Shown here: piece after piece, positions 1 to 12,396 of the stretch
Numbering within the stretch: position 1 is the first letter of the stretch
Layout of the letters: every line of letters begins with the position of its first letter
Assembly (NCBI RefSeq): GCF_006345805.1
Contig: NC_043011.1
Coordinates: 6,324,001-6,388,000 of the forward strand
Source of the DNA: Octopus sinensis
Taxonomy: Eukaryota
Length of the DNA: 64,000 bases
Reading direction: 5' to 3'
Position numbers and translations under genes: made by a program
Notes under the pieces: generated by a model
Databases searched by the model: none
Told to the model about the DNA's origin: nothing
The model's input: only the letters and a program-made list of their open reading frames with translations

Positions 1-306
1 ATTATCTCCAATGGAATTTGAACTTAAGATGCAAAAAGGATTAACTAAATAATGTCAAACATTTTTTGCCTGATACTCTGATATTTCTACTGCAACTCTT
101 TCCTCCACTATCACCACCATGGCAACCGTAACATATCTGATGGGTGTTATCCCACTGAGTATATTTTGACAAAGCAAGATTACTGCTGTTGGTGTTGTGC
201 TAATAATTTCTAAATGGTATTTCCATTTTTTTTTGTTTGTTTTATTTCTGTTTATAATGGAAGTGTACTGATTTCAGTTTATTTTTTTGTTTCTTTTCTG
301 CCAGTT

Positions 307-337
<31 letters not shown>

Positions 338-587
338 TTCTCTCCATCTCTTTCTGTGAGATGAAAGACACGTTAAAGAACACAGGCAGGAAGTAAATCT
401 TCAATGGAATACAATTTCGGTTAGTTTTGATTTTGGTATTTCTTTCTTTCTTTCCAAGTTAGAATGGAGGGGTGGGGCACCTTTTCAGGCCCACCCAGAC
501 TGGTGAGATTGGTGAGGTTTCTACAGTATACTCAGCCAACTAAACTCGGTTCACTCCTCCCCACACCAAAAAAAAAATAGAAAAGTT

Positions 588-675
588 TGCAGTTGGAGTG
601 GCTGTGTGGTAAGTAGCTTGCTAACCAACCACATGGTTTTGGGTTCAGTCCCACTGCGTGGCACCTTGGGCAAGG
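588..675 (+). mobile_element. SINE family A, 5' head fragment (tRNA-derived)
   Basis: ggagtggctgtgtggtaag (A-box-like) ... gggttcagtccc (B-box-like) ... gcaccttgggcaag; same head as the full copies at 12397, 15871 and 31204. Confidence 0.85.
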
Positions 676-805
676 ATGAGAGACAGTTAAGCCAGCTCCC
701 AATCTCTGATGCCAAATAGGCAATGCCAAAACATCTCATTCTTATCCTACCAAGTGTCTGCTAGAATAAGGACCCCTTTCCAAGTGAGGGGAATCAACAG
801 CTCCT

Positions 806-1033
806 TTAACCCCTTGGTATTCTGATTATTGTTTCAAATGTAATGTTTATTTATTCACGTTGTTTTCAATTAATCACGCATGTTCTCATAGTTTTGAGAT
901 TTCACTGAGATGGTTGTTCATTTTCAGAATGACATTGTAGGATAGGTGTGAGAAGTTAGATGTGGCTAGTTCGAACATAAAACAGTTTGAGTATTTGGGC
1001 GGGATATGATTGGTTTAAATACTAAAGGGGTAA
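806..1033. mobile_element. piggyBac-type MITE, family E (degenerate)
   Basis: TTAA-cccttggtatt ... aatactaaagggg-taa ends; body homologous to 41944-42350 and 13969-14163. Confidence 0.7.
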
Positions 1034-1534
1034 TGAATCTGTACAAAATTGGTTTGTGAGGTGGCAGTCAGGAGTGGAGAGTATCTAAAATTTTCAGCAA
1101 AATCTGATAAGAGTTAAGTAGCCCAATATCTGGTAAGTTGGAGCCAACTATATTAAAATCAAATCAGATAGTCCACATCATGCTCTTCCTCCCCCACACT
1201 CTGCACTATTTCTGTTTATCTGGGTGACAGGTCATATATATAAATGTTTACATATTCAAAGCTGTCCTTGTATAAATTAACAGTTTATCAGATTGAAGGT
1301 TTATATAATACAATAACTTTTTCCTTGTTTCACTGTCTTTTGAAAAAAGAAAACCATTACCCCACCACCACCACCACCACCATCATTAAATCAACTCTTT
1401 CAAATTGTCACAACCACTGCCAAGTCCGTGATGATATATTTCTCCAGGTTGCCGTGAGCCAAACTTAAATTCTTCAGTCAGTCAGTATTGATGTCATGAA
1501 TGTCCCCCCTTGACATCTTTGTTTCATTATCAGT

Positions 1535-1810
1535 TTACCTTCTTTCAGGATCCAATTAAAATAAGTACCAGCTGAATTCTGGGGTCAATGTAATTTAAGG
1601 GTGTCAAATCTTTGGCACAAGGCCAACGATTCTGGAGGAGCTGGGGGCAAGTCGATTACATCCACCCCCCAGGGCTCGACTGGTACTTATTGACTGCAAA
1701 AGGGTGAAAGGCAAAGTCAACCCCAGCAGAATTCAAACTAATAGTCAATGTAATAGACTTACCAGCTGCCCTGAAATTGCTGGCCTTGTGTCAAAGTTAG
1801 AAGTCATTAG
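1535..1810 (+). mobile_element. SINE family B 3' part carrying an inverted templated insertion (1593-1739)
   Basis: aaataagtaccag...ggggtcaatgtaa interrupted, then resumed at 1744 with gtcaatgtaatagacttacc...ggccttgtgtcaaag. Confidence 0.7.
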
Positions 1811-1829
1811 TTTACCTTATAACGGTACA

Positions 1830-2056
1830 AAGGTAGCAAACTGGCAGAATTGTTAGCAAATTGAGTAGAATGCTTAGCAAAATTTTGTCCATTTTTATGT
1901 TCTGAGTTTGAATTCTGCTGGGGTTGACTTTGCCTTTCATCCTTTTGCAGTCAATAAAATAAGTACCAGTCGAGCCCTGGGGGGTGGACGTAATCGACTT
2001 GCCCCCAGCTCCTCCAGAATCGTTGGCCTTGTGCCAAAGATTTGACCCCCTTAAAT
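1830..2056 (+). mobile_element. SINE family B
   Basis: ctggcagaattgttagca...ttctgagtttgaattc...gactttgcctttcatcc...aagtaccag...ggccttgtgccaaagatttga. Confidence 0.85.
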
Positions 2057-3520
2057 GTTTACCTTAATCAGTATTTTTTAGTCTTTTCTTTCAGTCATTG
2101 GTTGTGGGTCATGCTGGGAGACAGCCTTGAAAGATTTAAACAAATTCCCCCCCCCTCCCCAGTCTTTGAGTTAAGTACTTAGTCTATTGCTCTCATTCTG
2201 CTGTATTGCTAAGTTAGAAAGATGTAAACAAACCATCACTGGTTGTCAGAGTAGTAGGGGGAGACAAACACAGAGACATGAATGTGTGTGAACACGCACA
2301 CACACATAATGGGCTTCCGTACTGTTTCCATCTGCCAAATTCACTCTCAGGCATTGGTTGAGCCAAGACTATAGTCAAAGATACTTGCCCAAGGTGGCAT
2401 GCAGTAGGACTGAACCTGATACTATGTGGTTGGAAAGCAAACTTCTTAACCACACAGCCATGACTGTGGCTATAGAATTCTTGTTTGGTTGCAGATCAAA
2501 CCTTGATTAAACAGACCAAGAATCAACAGGGTTCCAGCCATGACCATCTCTTGCTTTGTATGTCAGAGATTAACATTGTTTTGGGAAGCATTTTCAAACT
2601 TATTTTGTCATGGTTTTTCCAAACATCCCAAGATCCCTGTTTATATTTTATAAACAACTGGGCCCTAGCCCTGATTTTAATCAGACATTTATGGGAAACA
2701 AAATGTTTTAATTAGAGGATATATTTCTACATAGGTGCAGGTATGGTTGTGTGATAAGAAGTTTGCTTCCTAACCACATGGTTCCAGGTTCAGTCTCACT
2801 GTGTGGCACCTTGGGCAAGTGTCTTCTAATACTTTAGACTGACCAAAGCCTTGTAAGTGGATTTGGTAGATGGAAAGTGAATGAAGCCAGTCGTATGCGT
2901 GTCTTTAAAGATAAAAACATGAAAACAAACATCTAAGATAACTTATTTTGAAAATGGCAAATAAATGCTTTATTAAAAGTCTGTTGAATTTTATTAAAAA
3001 GTCCCCTTAACTCGGAAACAACTCTCGTCACAGAACTTTAAGGTTACTTGGAATCTAATTTCAAAAACTCTTTTGAAAGCAATTTATGCAAGCCACTCCT
3101 GGTTCTGTGATAAATTAATCTAAATGTAAATCTCCAATCAACATTTCATTTATGTTTTAAATACTAACTTAATGAGTTATTTGACTAAATTCTTCAATAT
3201 TTTCAAAATCATTTGAAACAAAGGCAGTATATTACCAGAGAAATATGGGAACAAAAGGATTAAAGTGATCATTATCAAGACCTATCATGTTTCAAATTCT
3301 TGCTCAGTGACTCTTATTTTCAGAATGAATTGAAACAAAGAAATTTTAAAAGGATTTTGAAACACTTAGTCTAATGGAGATGGTAGGGTGTAACATGGAG
3401 TTATTTCTAGCATGTCAGACAACCTCTATAGTGGTCCCTGCAGTTGTACTTATGTTAGAAATCAGTGGTAGTGAGTACTGGAGGGCAATGTGTGCCCAGA
3501 ATAATTTACCTTGTGGTATT

Positions 3521-3654
3521 TAGTTCCGTCCTGATATGTTCTGGGTTCCAATTTCACTGCAGTTCACTTGACCCTTTTTAATCTTTCTAGTTCCGTCCTG
3601 ATATGTTCTGGGTTCCAATTTCACTGCAGTTCACTTGACCCTTTTTAATCTTTC
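3521..3654. repeat. 67-bp perfect direct tandem duplication
   Basis: tagttccgtcctgatatg...taatctttc starts at 3521 and again at 3588. Confidence 0.95.
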
Positions 3655-4336
3655 AGTTGACTGGCTTCGAGAGAGGTGGATCAATAATAAAAAAGTGCCC
3701 GTGAAATATTGACTCAGATCTAAATCAGTGCCCCCTACATCTACCCCAACCCCTTTCTCAAACGTCTGTGGCCCCTTGCCAGTTTCACAAGTAATTCTAG
3801 TGCACATCTTATTTGATTTCCATGTTGCTGTTGTTGCAGCTGCTGCTACTGTTTTCTTTTTTTCTTCTTCTGTGATGAAGCTGCTATGGAATATTGCTCT
3901 AATTTAACATCAGAATTATTAATACCTCTTTAGTATTTAGTATGGCATGTTGAAAGGAAGTGTGGGTGGGGGAAGCCATGGTTTGTGAATGGGTGTGCAT
4001 AATTTTGAGTGTTAGGAAGATAGGTGGGGGGGGAGAGAGAAGTCAGTTCTGCTTGAACGGAATCAAGTTACAACAGTGAGACACCATGTTAATTAATGGT
4101 CTCCCTTTCTTCCTTTCCCTGTCTTTTCTTCGTTATGACTTAGTAGACATACCTTTGATAATTTTGTTTGCTTTCTTGATTTCTCTCGTTAGGTTGTTGC
4201 TATTAACTGATTATTATAATGAATTTTAAAAAAAGCACCGAGAAAGTTTTAATAGTGTTGCTTGACCTGCTAAAAAACAGCAGCCTAAATCTCCTGACCT
4301 GTGACTGAACATCAACAATCTTTATACATTTCATCT

Positions 4337-4966
4337 TTAACCCTTTCATTACTGTATTTATTTTGAGATGCTCAGTGTTTCTCTGAATTATCTTTATATA
4401 TAAAAGAGAGGTTGTGTGCTGTCTGTCTCCTACGATTTAGATTCCTAACTACTCCCACATTTTGCGGTGCAGTTTAACCAAAACCGGGTATCTTATAGTC
4501 GTGATTCATATCGAGCCCTTCTGGGTATTAGCGCGTGTCTACGTTGAGTCTACGATTTAAAAAAAAATTTACCATAATTTTTTTCCATTTTAATGCATTT
4601 TTTTCACTATCATATAAGGGAAGTAACTCTCTAAAAATGTCTACGATGAGTCAACGATTTAAAAAAAAATTTATTATCATTTTTTTCCCATTTTTAATGC
4701 ATTTTTTTGCTATTTTTTGGCTATAACTCTCTAAAAATGCTTATATAGTTATTTCCCTTACAAACCCGAGCAACGCCGGGTGATACTGCTAGTTTTAGAT
4801 ATAACAAAGAATTTTGTAAGATAACTTAGTTATCATTAAGCAAGTGTTAGGAACATAAATTGTGACTAAGGTTTGGTGGAAGATTTTAATTCAAAGCTTA
4901 TGAAAACAAGACATTTGTACTCAGAGCCAGAGCCGGTTTCAGCCGGGTTAGTAATGAAAGGGTTAA
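4337..4966. mobile_element. piggyBac-type MITE, family D, split by a Helitron
   Basis: TTAA-CCCTTTCATTAC ... GTAATGAAAGGG-TTAA; the arms match the uninterrupted copy at 16529-16750. Confidence 0.9.
4391..4792 (+). mobile_element. Non-autonomous Helitron
   Basis: Starts TCTTTATATATAAAA, ends CTAG, GC hairpin acccg-agcaacgc-cgggt at 4764-4781, inserted between A and T with no target duplication; internal ~100-bp tandem duplication. Confidence 0.85.
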
Positions 4967-5092
4967 GAGTGAGATAATTTTTGGTTTTGCTTACTGATCT
5001 TGGTCAAGGTGATTAAACTTTGCTGGCTCAGACTACCTAATAGGTACAGTGAGGAGGTAGGTAGATGCAGTACTTTATAATTAGTGAGGTAC

Positions 5093-5220
5093 TTGCGGTG
5101 GTATGTCATCTTTGAAAGGGATGATCTGAAGTATTCCTGTGAATTGGAATCCTTGCAGAAGCTTTTCAACTGACTTTGTTCCAACCAGCTTTTTTGTCGT
5201 TGCACCAAAGTAGACTCCAT
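5093..5220 (-). CDS. Candidate internal coding exon of an unidentified gene
   Basis: Minus strand ...ttcattcAG|AT GGA GTC TAC ... CCG CAA|GTacct; 128 bp reading GVYFGATTKKLVGTKSVEKLLQGFQFTGILQIIPFKDDIPPQ; non-repetitive and protein-like, but the donor is weak and I recognise no homologue. Confidence 0.4.
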
Positions 5221-6327
5221 CTGAATGAACTGAAATAATTCAAGAATTCTAATTAAAATAATAATAACACAGACAAAACAACAAAAAAATTTCCAAAAAA
5301 GCACATTGTTAATATTGTGTGAGAAAACTCAGATCAAAGAATATTTCAAACAAATATAAATTTAAAAAAATAAACGAAACTTGTTCTAAATTGGTAACAT
5401 TTGGCATGTGGCACAAGTTGGTTCAGAGCATCACTCTACACTGCCCTCTGCATTGTTTAATTAGTGTACACCATCACATGTATATATTAACCTATTGTTC
5501 TCTCTTGCTCGTTATCGAGGCTGTGATAGATAGAATTGGGGTTTAAATACTTTTCCTCTACCATTTATTTTTTGTTTTGGGATTTCAAACTTTCAAGAAT
5601 AATTGAATTACAAATCTTTATTTGGTTTTGTGTTTCACTGTTTCTGTAAATAAACTGTTTATGTTGAATATTTGCATGTGGTGGTGGTGGTGGTGGGGTT
5701 TGAATTTTGGCTAGTTTGCTTTGACACGCTGCCTTATTTCAATCAGTCATGATGTGGAACTGTTGGTACTTCCTTAGAGAATTTTCACCAAACAAATTGA
5801 CCTCCAATACTTATTTCTTTTTTTAAGCCTGGTGCTTATTCTGTCTGGCTCTTTTGCCGAAACATTCAGTTACAGGACGTAAACATACCAACACTGGTTG
5901 TCAATTGGTGGTAGGGAACAAACACACACACACACATGGGTGTGTGTATATTTCTTTCAGTTTCTCTCTATCAGATCCACTTGTGTGGCTTTAGCTGGCC
6001 CACAGCTATGGTAGACAACACTTACCTAAGATGCCATGCAGTGGAACTGAACCCAGAACCATGTGATTGGGAAGCAAATTTCTTGCCACCCAGCTGACTG
6101 GGGGTTTGTACAGTTCTGCAAGTCAGTCTTTGTTAATATAACTATAAAGACTACTACTATTAACACATCAATTGGCAGGTCAATGGACCTGCTAGAAATG
6201 GCAGCCTAATCTCCCTCAAACCACACCCTTAATGTCTAAAAAAAGAAAATGCTGGAAAGGGCAAGGAGAATGTAGTCTGGAGTGCAATATGGCTGAAAAA
6301 TAAGACAAGTGGGCGAGTTCCTTTTGA

Positions 6328-6676
6328 GTGTTGGGCCTCACAGAGGTAATGACCAAGACCTTTGGCATTGTTGCGCTTGAGAAGACAACCCATCAAGCCA
6401 AACAATATCACAGTCGTGGCAGATACAGGTGTCATGCAAATTGGCACCTGTGCTGGTGGTACATAAACTCACCCCCCACGTCACACAAAAGGCACCTGTG
6501 CTGGTGGCACGTAAAAGCACCGATTATACTCTCAGAGTTGTTGGCATTAGGAAGGGCATCCAGCTGTAGAAAACCATACCAAATCAGACTGGAGTTTGGT
6601 GCAGCCTTCCAGCATGCCAGCCCAGTCAAACCGTCCAACCCATGGACAACTGGTGTTAAATGATGATGATGATGAT
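6328..6676 (+). mobile_element. RTE LINE 3' end (last ORF codons, 3'UTR, (GAT)n tail)
   Basis: LGLTEVMT...LEKTTHQAK-like terminus, then ggcattaggaagggcatccagctgtagaaa...tgttaaatgatgatgatgat. Confidence 0.75.
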
Positions 6677-7345
6677 TTGTGAATGAAGCACCTTTGATAA
6701 TTGGTCTTCTCAGTCAGGGCAGGCCTGGTTGCTAAACAGCTGTAACTGCTTCACCTTTGCCAAAGTGATCCTTTTGGCCAACATAGTATAGTAGGCATCA
6801 CTGTTGCTTTGACCATGACCACAACTGCTATCGACATCACCACCACTGCCATTAATACCAACTCCACAACGCTACTAAAACTACCATCATACCATCACCA
6901 CTGCTGAGACCTCCTCCGCTATCACTGCTGCCTGCCAAATTACAATATACTATTATCACCACCACTATTACCATTGTTACTACTACTACGTCTACCATTA
7001 CTACTACCACCATCACCTCCACACTCCTATAGAAAAATCACTCCATCATTGACTCTACCCTCACTAAGGGCCTCTGACACCATAATCACCCATAACCACT
7101 AGTATTACTACCACCACCAGATTGAGAGACAATGTCCTTGTGGTGTAATGCAGAAATATGTTGTATGCCTATATGTGTGTGTGTGTGTGTTTGTGTGTGA
7201 ATCTGTACATATGTTTTTTTTCCTGTTTGGTAAATTACTTTTAAGATAAGAAACAGCTTTGTTCTTCTCTGCATTTCTGTCCATTTAATTTCAAACCAAC
7301 ACTAAATGCATTTCCTTCACATTCTTCACAGCGCCTAAAATTACA

Positions 7346-7408
<63 letters not shown>

Positions 7409-7938
7409 ACAATACTGGATATAAACTAGTAAAACATCCCAGCTTTATACCACCACATGTCTGCTTTTTATTGATTATCAATAATTTTTTTTTGTTTATT
7501 GTATGTTTTTTTTTGTAGTTTCTGTAATATTTTCATTATATTTTCTTGGTAATCGATAAAGAAAAAGAAAAAAGTGAGTCTGTGCTTGTAGTGAGAGGAG
7601 ATAGCATTAGTGGGCATTTTGCAGGTGAAATCAATCAATCAATCGGGGTTGGACACATGAAACAATTATAATAGTTATGGATAAGAAAAATGAATATTAA
7701 AGTGTCGATCAAAGTCAGTTTATTGCTTTATAAGGAAACCATTGTAACTGCAGCCTCTTGTGTCAGAGGCCAGAAAAAGCATTTTCTTTTGTAATGTCAC
7801 ATGTTACCTGGCTGCCACCCTTGTTTTTTTTTATAAGAATAGGTTGGGTCACTTGGCTGATTGGTTGGTCAGCTGGCTCGAAGTGTGTTTCCATACATAG
7901 CCTCTGCACAGATACCTAATACACATCCTCACTTTATA

Positions 7939-8157
7939 TATTTCTTTACTACCCACAAGGGGCTAAACACAGAGGGGACAAACAAGGACAGACAAACGGA
8001 TTAAGTCGATTACATCGACCCCAGTGCGTAACTGGTACTTAATTTATCGACCCCGAAAGGATGAAAGGCAAAGTCGACCTCGGCGGAATTTGAACTCAGA
8101 ATGTAACGGCAGACGAAATATGGCTACGCATTTCACCCGGCATGCTAACGTTTCTGC
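7939..8157 (-). mobile_element. SINE family B, 5'-truncated, flanked by a 36-bp direct repeat
   Basis: atttctttactacccacaagggg...gctaacgtttctgc; flanks 7903-7938 and 8153-8188 match at 35 of 36 positions. Confidence 0.9.
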
Positions 8158-8740
8158 ACAGATACCTAATACATATCCTCACTTTATAGTGCTACCTGAC
8201 CTTTAACAATTGGAATCAGGGGTCTGCTGATTTGTGAGAGGCACGTTGTGGATACAGGTGTGTTTAAGACCCTTGCTTTGCGACTCTGTGGTTTTAGGTT
8301 CAGTCCCACTGCGCGACACCTTGGGCAAGTGGCTTCTGCTATAGCAGTGGATCAACCAATGCCTTGTGAGGGAATTTGATAGATGGAAACTGTGTGGAAG
8401 CCCAGTGTGTGTGTACCAAAAAAATTTTGAATTGGCGTCATAAATAACTTCTTCATACCTCATAGATTTAATTAATCTAATTTAATAGCCAGCTTAATAC
8501 TGGAAGATAACAAGCTTGGTCCGTCAAAGACTGGGATTGCAAAAATACACTTTGACCTACTTAAAGGTGTAGGAATCTCATTTAGAACTTAAACCTAAGG
8601 TCAGGTTGCGGTCAACCATAGAGAATTTTCTATAAGCAATACTAAGTTCCTACCACCCCCATTCTTCTCTCAAAAACTAGAGTAACTTAGCAGAATAACA
8701 TTAGTCAAACATACATAAGTTAGTTCACTTCAGACCACAT

Positions 8741-9083
8741 CTTACTCTTTTACTTGTTTCAGTCATTTGACTGTGGCCATGCTGGAGCACCGCCTTTAAT
8801 CGAGCAACTCAACCCCAGGACTTATTCTTTGTAAGTCCAGTACTTATTCTATCAGTCCCTTTTGCCGAACCGCTAAGTGACAGGGACATAAACACACAAG
8901 AATCGGTTGTCAAGCGATGTTGTGGGGACAAACATACACGCACACATATATATACATATATATGATGGACTTCTTTCAGTTTTCATCTACCAAATCCACT
9001 CACAAGGCTTTGGTCGGCCCGAGGCTATAGGAGAAGACACTTGCCCAAGGTGCCACGCAGTGGGACTGAACCGGAAACCATCT
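8741..9083 (-). mobile_element. SINE family A, 5'-truncated
   Basis: ctcttttacttgtttcagtcatttgactg tail through cacgcagtgggactgaacc head, reverse strand. Confidence 0.9.
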
Positions 9084-9479
9084 GTGGACAGACCTTGAAT
9101 AAAGCTGCCTTGATTGTTACCCGGTTAACAATAGCTGGATGCAAATGCAACTGCTAGTTTTCTATGCAGCAGAAGTGTGCATCAGACAAATTTAAGCCAA
9201 ATATGCTGTGTAATTCACTGTAGGAAAAAGAAATATGCAGATGAACTAATCTCTGTATTCGTTATAATTGTCTTATACATACATATATGACCTAACGGAG
9301 TTGGTCTGCTTCAGTAGTGTTTACATGATTTAGTAAAATCAGTGAGGAGAACAGTGAACCTTGTTGTAGAGAGTGGAAAATCCTAAGTATTGGACAGTCA
9401 TTCTTCAGGAAAACTTTGGAAGGTGAGAAAAAACAATAACAAAGCTAATGCAGAAACAGACTACAACTTTGTGTGTGTA

Positions 9480-9518
<39 letters not shown>

Positions 9519-10249
9519 ATATATATATCAAATTTATACAGAAAACAGTTATTGTATTCAATGCGTTATAAAACATACACATGTTTCAATGAAATGCCAT
9601 AATTACATAAGTTCAGGAAACATTATGTAAATCTTGCACTTAACCTCATCAGTGTTCAGCAATAAATGCAATGACAAATTTTGGAAGCTAATATATACAC
9701 TTGTATGTATATTTCTTTGTGTCTATGATCGTCCCATCCCACTACTGCTTGACAACCTGTATTGGTTTGTTTATGTCTCTATCTTAGCAGTTTGGAAGAA
9801 AACCAATAGAATAGTTATCGGATTTAAAAAATAAGTACTGGCATTGATCTATTCTACTAAAAGATCCTTAAAGATGGTGCTCCAGTATGGTCACAGTCCA
9901 GTGACTGAAACAAGTGAAAGATAAACAATATATATGTTATATACATGCCTTTTATTTCATGCATCACAGCCATAAAATGGACTTTTTGAGTATAGCTGCC
10001 AAATCTCTCATAAATTGTATATTAGCATCTTAGAATAATTTTACATTGGAAAACATGATGGGGTGGTCATGGATGGAATACCTTTAGTCATAGATTTGTT
10101 CTTTGATCAAGGTTGATCTGGATCTGAAAGACAGCAATAGTAGACCATCTTGTATTACCGCACAACAGGGGATCTTCATCTTGTGTTGGTGACCACACCA
10201 CCATCATGACCATACATCACTATTATACAATACTGCTTTCATACCACTG

Positions 10250-10712
10250 CAACATTTTGGTGCAAGACCAGCTATTTTAGGAGAGGGAATAAGTCGATTA
10301 CACCAGCCCCAGTGCTCAGTTGGTACTTATTTTATTAGCCCCCCCCCCCTCCCCGAAGGCAAAGTCGATTTTAGTGGAATTTGAACTCAGAATTTAAGGA
10401 CAAATGAAATTCCTATTTCTTTATTGCCCACAAGGGGCTAAATATAGAGGGGACAAACAAGTACAGACAAACGGATTAAGTCGATTACATCGACCCCCAG
10501 TGCGTCACTGGTACTTAATTTATCGACCCCGAAAGGATGAAAGGTAAAGTTGACATCGGCGGAATTTGAACTCAGAATGCAGCGGCGAACGAAATACCAC
10601 AAAGCATATCACCTGACGTGCTAACGATTCTGCCAGCTTGCTGCTTTTAAGGACAAATGAAATACTGTTAAGTGTTTTGCCTGTGTGCTAACAACTTTGC
10701 TAACTCGTTGCT
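10250..10712 (-). mobile_element. SINE B (10411-10645) nested in an older SINE B
   Basis: 18-bp duplication tttaaggacaaatgaaat at 10393-10410 and 10646-10663. Confidence 0.85.
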
Positions 10713-11323
10713 GCAACATATTAATACCATCTCTTGTCAAACCCACACCACACACACAGTCACTGACACCCAACCACACACACAGTCACTGACACCCAAC
10801 CACATGATAAACCGCTACCGGCTCTAATCATGACATACCACCACCACTGGCCTTAACCACAACGCAACACACTGGACCTTTAACAGTGACATAGCACACT
10901 GCCCTTTGTCTCCCCACCACCCTCACACACACAACATACACCAGCCCTGTTGTATATGAGACACACCAACCCATAATTAGTAAACCTAAATTGGATTTAA
11001 TCAAACAGCTTCATTGATAAGAGTATTGGCTGATAAATTAGTGACTTTAATTATAAGTCAGCCTTGAATATTTTTGCCATGAGCTTAGGGAATAAATACA
11101 CGCAGAGCAAACCAATAATTTATAATTACTTTGGCTATCTACATAACTCTGTCTCTCTCAATAATATATTGAGCTGTTTGTATATCTATGTAGATGTGTG
11201 TGTGTGTGTGTGTAGTCTACAGTAAAGAACTCAATGAAACAGTAAGTTTACTTGGTGTTTGTCTTCTTACATGGTCAGGTGCTATGACTCTCATATATCT
11301 GTGTGTGTGTGTGTGTGTATATA

Positions 11324-11366
<43 letters not shown>

Positions 11367-11372
<6 letters not shown>

Positions 11373-11640
11373 TTAATCCAAACGGGAAACAAAAAAACAA
11401 CAACAATGGAACAATTACAGTATTATTATTAATAGGCACTCAGGAAAAGGAAGCAGGGAGGTATGACGTTTCGAGCGGAGCTCTTCGTTGGAAACATAAA
11501 GAAGGAAGAGAGAGGAAAGAAAGATCCCAGAGCGGGCAACAGGGAAAGAGAAAAAAGACGACTGGTGTTTACGAGTTGCACATGGTGAAAGGCGGATGTT
11601 TACGAAAACAGAGCAAAGTGGGTTTTTAAAGGCAAAAGAG
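11367..11640 (-). mobile_element. Penelope-like terminal fragment abutting (TA)n
   Basis: Contains a degenerate minimal hammerhead; aacaatt...tatta...ggcactcaggaa is homologous to 29240-29270. Confidence 0.5.
11461..11495 (-). ncRNA. Degenerate minimal type I hammerhead ribozyme
   Basis: Minus strand GUUU-CCAACGA-A-GAGC-UCC-GCUC-GAAAC-GUC-AUAC; core has two mismatches to CUGANGA. Confidence 0.5.
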
Positions 11641-12396
11641 TGGAGACAAGGTTGGTAACGCAACAGATGTGTGTGTATGTGTGAGTGTGTGCGTGTGCGT
11701 GTGTGTATGTGTGTGTGTGAGGCGAGATGAAAAACAAAAAAATATATATGTGTGTGTTAGTGTGTGCGTCTGTGTGTAAGCGTGTGAGGTAGGGCGAGAG
11801 AGTGGTCAGCTTAGCAGACAAAGGTCAGTAGTAAGAAAAAGAAGGAAGGAGGAAGGGAGGGAGGGGAAGGGGTGGGGGCGTATGTAGCGTGCCAGCGTGT
11901 GTTGAGTAGTAGTGTGTGTGTGTGTCCAGTGTCGTGGTGGTATAAATGGCGAGTAGATTGAATGTGTGTAAGAGTAATGTATATATTTAAGCAATGTGTG
12001 TATATGTGTGCGCGTGTGTGTAACGAAAAAGGGGGGGGTTAAGGAAAAAGGACTCCAGCTGAGGGGAAGATGGAAGAGTGGTCCCGCGGAGGCGGGCGTG
12101 GGAAAACCCAACGACACGCGACGGTCCCAGGAACGGGCGGGAGGTCTTGTCGGTTCCAAGAGCGAGGTGCCTGCGGAGCGTATGCGTACGCGAACCGGCG
12201 CGAGCGCGTGCGTGCGCAAGCCTGCGAGTATGTGCGTAAGTATGTATGTGTGTGGATGTGTGAGTGTGTCTGTGTGTATGTCCGGGTGGCAGTGTGTCCG
12301 ATGAATGTATGTGAGTATGTGTGTATGTATGTGTGTGCATAGATGTATGTCCGTGTGTGTGTGTGTGTGTGTATGTGTGTGAGTGTAAGCAACAAA

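Noticed and set aside
9340-9425. Plus-strand exon ending GAAG|GTGAGA
   Set aside because: Good donor but no clear acceptor and no recognisable peptide
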